Source of the DNA: Bryobacterales bacterium
Lineage (GTDB): Bacteria > Acidobacteriota > Terriglobia > Bryobacterales > UBA6623
Direction of reading: 5' to 3'
DNA length: 64,000 nucleotides
NCBI GenBank assembly: GCA_026713545.1
Contig: JAPOOG010000032.1
Span: forward strand, 8,379 to 72,378
The position numbers and the translations under genes were made by a program. Positions 1 to 8,684 of this stretch are shown in pieces. Numbering within the stretch: position 1 is the stretch's first letter; every line of letters starts with the position of its first letter. The notes beneath the pieces were generated by a model that had not been told where the DNA came from, searched no databases, and was given only the letters and a program-made list of their open reading frames with translations.

Positions 1-1
1 G

Positions 2-352
2 CTCGAAGGCGCTCGCTATCCCTGGGGCGACCAGAAGCCGGATCGTGACCGGGTGCGGTTCTCGACGCCTGAGGGTCCGGCTCCGGTGGCTCAGCACCCT
101 CCCAACGACTTTGGGCTGTACGACATGGCCGGCGGCGTCGCCGAGTGGTGCCAGGATTGGTTCAAGCGCGCCTACTACTCGAACAGCCCGGCCGAGAATC
201 CCAAGGGGCCGTCGGAGGGTATGTACAGGATCGTCCGCGGCGGCGCCTGGTCGGACGGCCCCAACCGCCTCACCGTGTTCTTTCGGAACTGGATTCGGCC
301 GAACCAGCGCACCCCGAACCTGGGCTTTCGCTGCGTCCAGGAGGTGCGTTGA
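2..352 (+). CDS. Formylglycine-generating enzyme (SUMF1/FGE-sulfatase) family protein, C-terminal fragment (5' end outside window)
   Basis: Open frame from the window edge. The C-terminal motifs 'GLYDMAGGVAEWCQDWF' and 'RIVRGGAW...LGFRCV' are typical of the FGE-sulfatase domain. The stop TGA overlaps the next ATG (TGATG). Confidence 0.8.
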   Translation, partial: LEGARYPWGDQKPDRDRVRFSTPEGPAPVAQHPPNDFGLYDMAGGVAEWCQDWFKRAYYSNSPAENPKGPSEGMYRIVRGGAWSDGPNRLTVFFRNWIRPNQRTPNLGFRCVQEVR

Positions 353-1656
353 TGCCGGTGGGCTCGATAGACCGCCTCGGAAGGCGGCGGTTCCTGCTGG
401 GAGCGACGGCCGCGCCCGCGTTTCTCGCTCTCAAGGAACGTCTCTTTGCGGCAGGGAACGGGCCTCTCGAAATTGAATCCGTCGAGCCGGTCGCGATTCG
501 TACTCCGCGTGGCGAGAAGCCCCCGGACTGGTACCTGGAAATGGGGCCGGTCGGCCAGGACACCGGCGGGAGCGGCCTCTGGAACCGCCTCGACCACGCC
601 TCGCCCAGCCGGTTTCGGGGAGCCACCCAGGCGACTCTCGTCAAGATCGTCACGCGGGACGGCCTGGTCGGATGGGGCGAGTGCCACGCTCCGGCCGCCC
701 CTCGCGTCCATGCGATGGTCATCAGCGACCTGCTTGCCCCGATCCTGATCGGACAGGACGCCCGGCAGGTCGAGCCGCTTTGGGAACGGCTCTATTCCAG
801 CCAGCGGCTGCGAGGCTACGCCACCGGCTTCTATACGGAGTCGATTGCCGGAGTGGACCTCGCCCTGTGGGACCTGCTGGGTAAGTACCTGGGCCAGCCG
901 CTGTACCGGATTCTCGGCGGCAAGTACAGGGACTCGATTCCGACCTACTCCGGAATCCGGGGCAGGTCCCCGCGGGAGCTGGGCGAGTCCGCAAAGCGGC
1001 AGATGGAGGCGGGCTTCCCGGCCGTCAAGATGGGGCTGAGCAAGGGGCCCGGCACATCGAATATCGAGCGGGTCATAGCCGTTTCGGAAGCCATCGGCGG
1101 CACGGGCCAGTTCCTGGTCGATTCTCTCGGGGCCTACAAGGTGCACGAGGCCCGCGCCGTCGGCGCCAGGCTGGACGAGCTTTCCAACATCGGTTGGTGG
1201 GAAGACGCCCTGTTGCCGGAGGACATTGCGGGTTACACGGAGCTCAAGGCAGCTCTCAAGACGCCGCTCTGCGCCGGCGAGACGCTCTCGAACCGCTACC
1301 AGTTCCGCGAGCTGTTCGCTGCCAGGGCCGTGGACATGGTGAATCCGGACCTCTGCCGCGCGGGCGGCGTCAGCGAGTGCCGTCGGATTGCGATTCTGGC
1401 GGACCTGCACGGAGTGCTGTTCTCCCCGCACATCAGTACCGGCACGGCCCTGTACTGGGCCGCGTCGGTCCACTTGGCCGCGCACCTGCCGAACACGGTG
1501 ATCATGGAAGGGGGGACGCTCCTCGAGCGTCCGTTTGGGAACCAGCTGCTCCGGGAACCGCTGGAGTCCCGCCCCGGCCAGGCGATCGTCCCGGAGCGCC
1601 CCGGCATCGGCGCGGAATTCGACGAGAGCGTGCTGGAGCGCTACCGGGTGGCATGA
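352..1656 (+). CDS. Enolase-superfamily (mandelate racemase/muconate lactonizing enzyme family) protein with an N-terminal twin-arginine signal
   Basis: The internal ATG at 352 gives 'MPVGSIDRLGRRRFLLGATAAPAFLA' (Tat-like RRxFL plus a hydrophobic region). The body carries MR/MLE-like motifs ('GWGEC', 'AGVDLALWDLLGK', 'WWEDAL'). Translationally coupled to both neighbours. Confidence 0.85.
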   Translation: MPVGSIDRLGRRRFLLGATAAPAFLALKERLFAAGNGPLEIESVEPVAIRTPRGEKPPDWYLEMGPVGQDTGGSGLWNRLDHASPSRFRGATQATLVKIVTRDGLVGWGECHAPAAPRVHAMVISDLLAPILIGQDARQVEPLWERLYSSQRLRGYATGFYTESIAGVDLALWDLLGKYLGQPLYRILGGKYRDSIPTYSGIRGRSPRELGESAKRQMEAGFPAVKMGLSKGPGTSNIERVIAVSEAIGGTGQFLVDSLGAYKVHEARAVGARLDELSNIGWWEDALLPEDIAGYTELKAALKTPLCAGETLSNRYQFRELFAARAVDMVNPDLCRAGGVSECRRIAILADLHGVLFSPHISTGTALYWAASVHLAAHLPNTVIMEGGTLLERPFGNQLLREPLESRPGQAIVPERPGIGAEFDESVLERYRVA

Positions 1657-2918
1657 ACATGTCCGCGAAACTATTGCCGAATGTCCGCTGGCGCATCGCG
1701 GCGCTGCTGTTCGCCGCGACCGTCATCAACTACATCGACCGGCAGACGTTGTCCGTCCTGGCTTCCGAGATCACCGCTGAGCTGGGAATCTCCGATATCG
1801 AATACTCCCAGGTGGTCCAGGCCTTCCTCATCTGCTACGCCGCCATGTACATGGTCTGGGGCCGCATCATCGATCGCTGGGGCACGCGCGTCGCCCTGGC
1901 GGTGTCGATGGTCTGGTGGTCCCTCGCAAATGCCGGGCACGCGCTTTCCCGGGGGGCATTGGGCCTGGGAGTGTTCCGGGCGTTGCTCGGACTGGGAGAA
2001 TCGGGCAACTTCCTCGCTGCGGAAAAAGCGATATCGGAATGGTTCCCTCCGCAGGAGCGCGGCTTCGCGAACGGCTTGGTGAACGCGGCGGCGTCGACCG
2101 GAGCGGTCCTGGCGCCGCCCTTGATCGTGCTGATCTTCACCCAGTGGGGTTGGCGCGTGGCCTTCGTCGTGACCGGAGCGTTCGGCTTTGTGTGGCTGGT
2201 GTTCTGGCTTCGCTGGTATTGGGTTCCGTCAAAGCACCCGCGCGTGACGAGCGGCGAGCGCGTCCTGATCGAGACGGCCCCCGGTGGTCCTCCCCGCCGA
2301 ACCGTTCGTTGGATCGAGTTGTTCGGCTTCCGGCAGACCTGGGCGCTCTTCCTGGCCAGGGTCCTGGCCGACCCCGTGTGGTGGTTCTACCTGTTCTGGC
2401 TGCCGAAGTACCTCAGCGACGAGCGGGGATTCAGCATCGTGGCGATCGGGCTGACGACATGGGTTCCGTTCCTCACGGCGGACCTCGGCGCCATCGCCGG
2501 CGGCTGGCTCTCGGGACGCTTGATCCGGCGGGGCATGGCGCCGGTTCAGGCCCGCAAATGGGTCATGCTGCCTGCCGCCGCGGTCATGCCCTTGAGCTTG
2601 ATCGTGCCGGCGAGCGATTCCTCGGTGGTCGCTGTGACGGCGATTTGTGTCGTCACGTTCGCTCACATGGCATGGAAGACGAATCTGATGACCATGACGG
2701 TCGATGTCTACCCGACCGCCGTGGTCGGCTCCGCGGCCGGAATCGTCGGGCTGGGCAGTTCGTTGGGCGGAGTGATCTTCACCGGAATCACCGGTGTGGT
2801 GGTGGAGCGGTATTCCTACGCTGCGATATTCTTTGTGATGGCCTTCCTCCATCCGATCGCATTGGCGGTGCTGCACGTCTTGGCCCGCGGCAGCGTAGGA
2901 GAGAAAACCGCGGCATGA
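1653..2918 (+). CDS. MFS transporter (anion/sugar-acid, hexuronate-type family)
   Basis: ATGA overlap with the upstream stop. 'RWRIAALLFAATVINYIDRQTLSV' and 'GLGESGNF' are typical of ACS/ExuT-like MFS proteins. Multiple hydrophobic segments. Confidence 0.85.
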   Translation: MNMSAKLLPNVRWRIAALLFAATVINYIDRQTLSVLASEITAELGISDIEYSQVVQAFLICYAAMYMVWGRIIDRWGTRVALAVSMVWWSLANAGHALSRGALGLGVFRALLGLGESGNFLAAEKAISEWFPPQERGFANGLVNAAASTGAVLAPPLIVLIFTQWGWRVAFVVTGAFGFVWLVFWLRWYWVPSKHPRVTSGERVLIETAPGGPPRRTVRWIELFGFRQTWALFLARVLADPVWWFYLFWLPKYLSDERGFSIVAIGLTTWVPFLTADLGAIAGGWLSGRLIRRGMAPVQARKWVMLPAAAVMPLSLIVPASDSSVVAVTAICVVTFAHMAWKTNLMTMTVDVYPTAVVGSAAGIVGLGSSLGGVIFTGITGVVVERYSYAAIFFVMAFLHPIALAVLHVLARGSVGEKTAA

Positions 2919-2934
2919 TGTGTGAACGAATAGT

Positions 2935-3669
2935 ATGCAGGGTAATGACAGCAAGCTGAGGACGGACTCTTTCCAGCCTCTCGAACGTCGTCGCATTTCC
3001 GACCACGTGTATGAAGCGGTGCTTCACGCGATTCTGGAGCACCGTTTCAAACCCGGCGAGCGCCTTTCCATCCCGGAGCTCTCGCAGAGCCTGGATGTCA
3101 GCCAGATGCCGGTGCGGCAGGCGATCGACCGCCTCAGCGAGGAGGGGTTTGTGGACATCCGGCCTCGCAGCGGAACGTTCGTAGCGCAGGCGAACGAGCG
3201 GGATGTCGCCGAGACCTTCGATCTCCGCCGGGCCCTTGACGGGCTGGCCGCCGAATCCGCAGTGCTGCATGTTTGCGGCCAGGACATCGCTGAACTCGGG
3301 GAATACATTCGGCAAATGGACAAGTACGCCGCTCTGGGAAGCGAAGGAATGGGAACCCATGACCGCCTCAACTGGGAGTTTCACTTGCTCATCGTCAGGC
3401 TTTCCGACAATGAGAAGCTCTACGAAATGTACAAACAACTGAACGCTCACCTCCAGATTGCCAGCGTCCACGTTTCCAGCCGCGATTGGGCTGCACGCGT
3501 GCCCCGGGCTCAAGCGGAGCACCGGGAGATGGTCGACGCGTTGGAGAATCGTTCCGCGGAAGCACTCTCGAATGTTCTGGCCAGGCATGTCGAGCGGGGC
3601 AAGGCTGCGCTGCTTTCCGACATCCGTGCCGCGCGGGAATCAGCCGCGCTCTCTGAAGAGTCCAGGTAA
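2935..3669 (+). CDS. GntR family transcriptional regulator (FadR/FCD subfamily)
   Basis: N-terminal winged HTH 'ISDHVYEAVLHAILEHRFKPGERLSIPELSQSLDVSQMPVRQAIDRLSEEGFV', followed by a helical FCD-like C-terminal domain. Confidence 0.9.
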   Translation: MQGNDSKLRTDSFQPLERRRISDHVYEAVLHAILEHRFKPGERLSIPELSQSLDVSQMPVRQAIDRLSEEGFVDIRPRSGTFVAQANERDVAETFDLRRALDGLAAESAVLHVCGQDIAELGEYIRQMDKYAALGSEGMGTHDRLNWEFHLLIVRLSDNEKLYEMYKQLNAHLQIASVHVSSRDWAARVPRAQAEHREMVDALENRSAEALSNVLARHVERGKAALLSDIRAARESAALSEESR

Positions 3670-3682
3670 GAAGACAGTAAAG

Positions 3683-4594
3683 ATGCAAGACGCTTTCCAA
3701 GGAGTAATTCCCATCCTCGTAACGCCGTTCAAGGACGACGGCAAGATCGACGTGGCCGGCCTGCTGCGGGTCGTTGACCATCTGTACGCGCACGGGTCCG
3801 TGGGCGGCTTCGGCGCCTTCGGCAACGCCGGGGAGGGCTACGCTCTCCTGCCTTCAGAGAAGCACCGGTTGCTCGATGCGATCGTGCGTCATTTGGACGG
3901 CCGGGCCCCGGTCATCGCCGGCGTGGGCGCGACCGGTACGGAAGCCGCCGTCGAAATCTGCAAGGAAGCGGAGGACCTCGGTGCGGCGGGCTTGATGGTC
4001 TTGCCGCCGTACTACTTGCGCCCCGATGCGGACGGCCTGATGTTCTTCTATTCCGCGATCAGCGATGCGGTCGGGGTTCCGATCATGGTCCAGGATGCGC
4101 CGCTGCTCACGCAGGTTGCTATGCCCCCGGCGCTCCTCGCGCGTATGGCGCGTGAAATCGAGCATGTGGACTACGCGAAGGTCGAGGCTCCGCCGACCGC
4201 CCCCAAGATCACCAGGACACTCGAAGCCGTCGACGGCACGCTGACGCTGTTCGGAGGACTGAACGGACAGTTCATGATCGAGGAGTGGCAGAGGGGATCC
4301 CGGGGAATCATGCCGGGCAGCGACTTGGTTTCGGTCTACTGCTCGATCTGGAGAGCGCTTGAGAACGGCGAGTTCGATTCGGCATGGAGCGCGTTCCAGC
4401 GGGCGCTTCCCCTGATCCGGTATGAGCTGCAGCCCGGACTGGGCGTTTCGGCGATAAAGCACAATCTCATGCATGCGGGAGTTCTCGAGAATGCCGTGGT
4501 CCGGCACCCTACCCGCTCGCTCGATGAATCCGGGTTGCGCGAGCTCGAAGTTCTGCGGTCTTTGGTTGGGACGAACAGTCAGCCGTGCCGCTAG
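3683..4594 (+). CDS. Dihydrodipicolinate synthase/N-acetylneuraminate lyase (DapA-like) family lyase
   Basis: Start chosen at 'MQDAFQGVIPILVTPFKDDGKIDV', a typical DHDPS-family N-terminus, rather than the longer ORF start at 3458. Sits among sugar-acid genes. Confidence 0.85.
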   Translation: MQDAFQGVIPILVTPFKDDGKIDVAGLLRVVDHLYAHGSVGGFGAFGNAGEGYALLPSEKHRLLDAIVRHLDGRAPVIAGVGATGTEAAVEICKEAEDLGAAGLMVLPPYYLRPDADGLMFFYSAISDAVGVPIMVQDAPLLTQVAMPPALLARMAREIEHVDYAKVEAPPTAPKITRTLEAVDGTLTLFGGLNGQFMIEEWQRGSRGIMPGSDLVSVYCSIWRALENGEFDSAWSAFQRALPLIRYELQPGLGVSAIKHNLMHAGVLENAVVRHPTRSLDESGLRELEVLRSLVGTNSQPCR

Positions 4595-5814
4595 ATCGAA
4601 TCGCGTCGATCGAGGCGTTTTCGATCAGGCTGCCTCGTGACCCGGAAGCGGTGACGGGGACTGCGGGGTCGCCGACCACGCTGGCTGCCGGCGGGTTTGA
4701 CTACCGCTGGTCCGAAACGAACAGCACGCTCTATTCGGTGAATTTCGAAGCCGCCTTGGTCAAGGTGACTTTGGAGTCAGGCCTGGCCGGATGGGGCGAG
4801 GCCCAGGCGCCTCTCGCTCCGGATGTCGCGTGCCTGATTATCGAGCAATTGCTGCGCCCGGCGGTCGAGGGCCGGGATTTTGACGGCTCTCCCGACACGG
4901 TGACGTCGCTGCGGAATCGGATGTACTCGGCCATGCGCGTTCGCGGTCAGACCGGCGGCTTCATGCTCGATGCGATTGCCGGAGTCGACATCGCCCTGTG
5001 GGACCTGGCCGGCAAGTCTCGTGGGACTTCGGTCGCGGACTTGCTGTCATCTTCCGCCCCCAAGAGCAGGATTCCGTGCTATCTCTCGGGGCTCCCGGGC
5101 GCAACGAACGCCGAGCGGGTGGCGCGGGCGCGGGAGGCCTGGGGCGCGGGCTTTCGCATCTTCAAGCTGTTCTACGACCGCACGGAAGACGAGCTCTTCG
5201 ATCTCATCGACCGCCTGCGGGAAACCTTGGGGCCGGACGTTTCCATTGCGGTGGACGCTCTCTGGCGGCTTGACGGAACCTCGGCGGGTGCCTTCGGGAA
5301 AAAACTTGACGATCGCGGAGCCCTCTGGCTCGAGTGCCCGCTGGCTCCGGAATCCCCGGCCGGCCACGCCCATTTGGCGGCCGGGATTCGCACGCCGATC
5401 GCATTGGGCGAGAGCTATCGTACGCGCTACGAGCTGGCTCCGTTCCTGGCGTCCGGCTGCGTCCGGTGGTTGCAGCCTGACATCGGCCGTATGGGCATCA
5501 CCGAAGCGGCCGGCCTTGCGCGGGAAATCGGCGTTGGCGCTCGCATCGTCCCCCACATCAGCATTGCCATGGGACCGCAGATTGCCGCGGCCTTGCAATT
5601 CGCCGCTTCGTCGAGGAATGTCGGGCTTGCCGAGTACAACCCGGTCGTCTTCACGGTTGCCAACCGCTATCTCGATCGGCCCCTCGAAATCGACGGCGCC
5701 GAGTACCTCGTGCCCGACGGTCCGGGCCTGGGCGTCGAACTCGACGAGTCGGCAGTAAGGGCGGTCGCGGGCAGAGTGAATGTCACCCCGGCTGTCGTGT
5801 CTCGTGATTCGTGA
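4585..5814 (+). CDS. Enolase-superfamily (MR/MLE, sugar-acid dehydratase-like) enzyme, cytoplasmic
   Basis: 'GWGEAQAP', 'AGVDIALWDLAGK', 'LWLECPL' motifs and no signal peptide. GTG start overlaps the upstream gene by 10 nt. Confidence 0.85.
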   Translation: MPLDRIASIEAFSIRLPRDPEAVTGTAGSPTTLAAGGFDYRWSETNSTLYSVNFEAALVKVTLESGLAGWGEAQAPLAPDVACLIIEQLLRPAVEGRDFDGSPDTVTSLRNRMYSAMRVRGQTGGFMLDAIAGVDIALWDLAGKSRGTSVADLLSSSAPKSRIPCYLSGLPGATNAERVARAREAWGAGFRIFKLFYDRTEDELFDLIDRLRETLGPDVSIAVDALWRLDGTSAGAFGKKLDDRGALWLECPLAPESPAGHAHLAAGIRTPIALGESYRTRYELAPFLASGCVRWLQPDIGRMGITEAAGLAREIGVGARIVPHISIAMGPQIAAALQFAASSRNVGLAEYNPVVFTVANRYLDRPLEIDGAEYLVPDGPGLGVELDESAVRAVAGRVNVTPAVVSRDS

Positions 5815-5856
5815 CCCGAGGAATGTACGGTTCGCCGAGCTCGCGGCAGGGAATCG

Positions 5857-7230
5857 TCAGGCGTCGTTTCCCTGCCCTCGCGACAGCCGCTCCAGCGCCA
5901 GCAGGTTCATCATCAAACGGCGGAGCGGGTGATAGTGGTCTTGGCGCACTCCGTGATAGGAGGGCTTGAAGCTGAATCGCCGGTCCTCGCCCAGGCTGTA
6001 GGTCGGGTACCCGAAGCGGCGCAATGAGAACTTCTCGTCTTGCACCTTTTGGGCGAGGTTGAAGTAGCGCGCTGCCCACTCGGCGCCGGTGTGTTCGTAG
6101 ATCTTGAGCGTCGATACGAGCACCTCCTGATTCGCCCACATGCTCTTGTAGTAGAACTTCTCGCCCTTGATCCGCAGCTCGGGCCGGTTGCCGGCCAGCT
6201 TCATCGGCGGCCACTCGTAGCCGCCTGCTCCGACGTTGATCCATTCGGGCAGCCCGCCGTAGACGTGGTCCCAGCCGATGTCGAGGTGCTGCCGGACTTG
6301 CCGCGCGGCCAGGTCGAACATGGGCTGATCGCCGCGCCGCAGCGCCTCGTCCATCACCATCCACAGGCATTGGCAGCAGTGGCCGAGCAGCGACTTGTTC
6401 CGCTCGGACGGAATCGGGCTGAAATCATGGTTGCGGTACTCGTTGGTGAGGCCGATCTCCGCGTTGTGATGCTTGTGAAGGATGGCGTCCACGCAGAAGT
6501 CAGCGATCGATTCGAGTTCCGGGTCGGGGCTGCGGTTGAGCATCTGCGTGACGGTTTGCAGTGTGACCATCCAGTTGCCTTGAATGCGGGCTCCCCGATG
6601 CGGCGCGTACTTGTCCTTGAACTCTGGTCGGTTGACGTAAGCGAACATCTTCTTGAGCAGCGCGATGCTTGCCTCGCGCGCTTCATCGTCTCCGGTCGCG
6701 GCGGCGTATTCCTGCAAACCCTCCGCAAGGAAGAACATGCCGTACACGTCCCCTTCCACTTCAGGTTCGAATGGCTTGACGATCTCGCCCTCGCGGGAGA
6801 GATCGATGGCGTAGAAGCCGTCCGCCTGCCGGGCGTGCTCGAGCCAGAACTCTTTTGCCTTGCGGGCGATTTCCAGGTGCTGCGGATCGCCTCCGAGGTG
6901 GTTGTACAGGAAGCTGTACACCCAGACGCCGCGCCCCTGATACCAGTGATATTTGTTGTCGCTGAGGCGTCTGCCCTCGTAATCGAGCGCGGTCATGAAT
7001 CCGCCGAGCCGGTGGTCGATTCCATCGGCGGACCAGAACGGGAGCTGGACGTCGAAGAGTTCGCTGCGGTAGGCGTCGCGGAGTTGTTCGAGGTTGCCGC
7101 CGCTGAGCTGATCGCTGGGTTGAGGATAGCGCTTCGAAACCGCGGCTTCACTCGGCCGGGCCGGCGTCGCCAATCCGGCCACGCCGGCGCTTGCCGCGGT
7201 GAGGAAGCGCCGTCGATTCGAGCCGGACAT
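5857..7230 (-). CDS. N-acylglucosamine 2-epimerase (AGE)-superfamily (alpha/alpha)6-barrel protein with a Tat signal
   Basis: N-terminus 'MSGSNRRRFLTAASAGVAGLA' is Tat-like. The body is W/Y-rich and resembles the AGE family ('YHWYQGRGVWVYSFLY'). Family call is moderate. Confidence 0.7.
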   Translation of the reverse strand: MSGSNRRRFLTAASAGVAGLATPARPSEAAVSKRYPQPSDQLSGGNLEQLRDAYRSELFDVQLPFWSADGIDHRLGGFMTALDYEGRRLSDNKYHWYQGRGVWVYSFLYNHLGGDPQHLEIARKAKEFWLEHARQADGFYAIDLSREGEIVKPFEPEVEGDVYGMFFLAEGLQEYAAATGDDEAREASIALLKKMFAYVNRPEFKDKYAPHRGARIQGNWMVTLQTVTQMLNRSPDPELESIADFCVDAILHKHHNAEIGLTNEYRNHDFSPIPSERNKSLLGHCCQCLWMVMDEALRRGDQPMFDLAARQVRQHLDIGWDHVYGGLPEWINVGAGGYEWPPMKLAGNRPELRIKGEKFYYKSMWANQEVLVSTLKIYEHTGAEWAARYFNLAQKVQDEKFSLRRFGYPTYSLGEDRRFSFKPSYHGVRQDHYHPLRRLMMNLLALERLSRGQGNDA

Positions 7231-7260
7231 GTCCTGAAAGCGCCAACGGGCGGCTCCGGC

Positions 7261-8682
7261 CTACGCGATCAACTCCTTGATCAGCTCTCCACCCGTCTGG
7301 CTGAGCTGTTTCTCGCGGCCTTGGGCAAAGTAGGTCAGCCTAGTGTCATCCAGGCCAAGCAGATGCAGCAGAGTGACATGCATGTTCTTGATCGGATGCA
7401 CGGCCTCGACCGCGTTCCTACCGGTCTCGTCGGTGGCTCCGACGATCTTGCCGCGCGGCGCGCCGCCTCCCGCGATCCAGAAAGCCATGGCCGGGGCGTT
7501 GTGATCGCGGCCCCAGACAGCTTGGCCGCCCCGCAGGCCATTATCTGGAGTGCGCCCGAATTCACCCGCCCATACGACAAGGGTCTCTTCCAGCAAGCCG
7601 CTGCGCTTCAAGTCCTTGAGCAGGCCTGCAATGGGCCGGTCGATGGAATCGAGCCGTTTTCCATGGGCTTTCTCGATGTAGTCGTGCGAGTCCCATCCGG
7701 AAACGATCACCTGCACGAACCGGACTCCGCGCTCCACCAACCGGCGGGCCAGCAGGCACCGGCGGCCGATCGAATCCACCTCGGAATTGTCGGAACCGAC
7801 TCCATAGAGCTCGTGCGTGGCCTTCGGCTCCAAGTCGATATTGACGGCCTCCGGCATTTCCGCTTGCATCCGGAACGCCAGCTCGTAGCTTTCGATCCGG
7901 GAAGCCAGTTCGTCATGGTGTGGATGCCGCTGCGAATGGCTGCGATTCAGTCGTCCGATGAAGTCCAGCGTCTTGCGCTGCTGGTGCTCCGTCACGTATT
8001 CCGGCGGCCTCATATCCAGCACCGGCGCGCCTTGCGATCGCAGGGGTGTCCCTTGGTAATGCGCCGGCAGGAACCCGTTCGACCAGTTCCCCGCCCCGCC
8101 CTGCGGAAAGGCCAGATCGGGCAGGACTACGAAGCCGGGCAGGTTCTGGTTCTCGGTGCCCAACCCGTAGGTCACCCAGGCGCCGATCGCCGGGTCTCCG
8201 CCGAAGCGGTTTCCCGTATTGAGGTGATAGAGCGCCGTCGGATGGTTGACGGAGGTCGCCTGCAGGCCCCGGTAAAAACAGATATCGTCCACGCAATCAG
8301 CGAATTGGGCGAGCTTGGCGTTGATCTCGATGCCCATGCGGCCGGCGCGGCGGAATTCGAACGGACTGCGGACGAAGTAGCGCTTGCCCGTGTTCATGCT
8401 GGCTTCGAACTTGTTTTTCTTCTTGACGAACTCGGTCATGTGGAGGTCGACAAGCTTGGGCTTGGGATTGAACGTGTCGATGTGGCTGGGACCGCCCTCC
8501 ATCAGCAGAAAAATGCAGTTCTTGGCCTTGGCCTCATGGTGCGCGCGTCTGGGGGCAAGCACTCCCGCCTGGGCGCGGTCTTTCTGGAGCATCGCCGACA
8601 GCGCGATCGCCCCCAGCCCCATGCCGGAGTGGTACAGGAGTTCGCGGCGGGATGGTCTTGCGGCAAGGACGGGGCGTTTCAT
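7261..8682 (-). CDS. DUF1501 domain protein (sulfatase-fold, Tat signal)
   Basis: 'RRELLYHSGMGLGAIALSAML' signal and a conserved DUF1501-like body ('MEGGPSHIDTFNPKP', 'GGWDSHD'-like 'SGWDSHDY', 'WAGEFGRTP'). Start lies 3 nt from the upstream gene's stop. Confidence 0.85.
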   Translation of the reverse strand: MKRPVLAARPSRRELLYHSGMGLGAIALSAMLQKDRAQAGVLAPRRAHHEAKAKNCIFLLMEGGPSHIDTFNPKPKLVDLHMTEFVKKKNKFEASMNTGKRYFVRSPFEFRRAGRMGIEINAKLAQFADCVDDICFYRGLQATSVNHPTALYHLNTGNRFGGDPAIGAWVTYGLGTENQNLPGFVVLPDLAFPQGGAGNWSNGFLPAHYQGTPLRSQGAPVLDMRPPEYVTEHQQRKTLDFIGRLNRSHSQRHPHHDELASRIESYELAFRMQAEMPEAVNIDLEPKATHELYGVGSDNSEVDSIGRRCLLARRLVERGVRFVQVIVSGWDSHDYIEKAHGKRLDSIDRPIAGLLKDLKRSGLLEETLVVWAGEFGRTPDNGLRGGQAVWGRDHNAPAMAFWIAGGGAPRGKIVGATDETGRNAVEAVHPIKNMHVTLLHLLGLDDTRLTYFAQGREKQLSQTGGELIKELIA

Positions 8683-8684
8683 GA

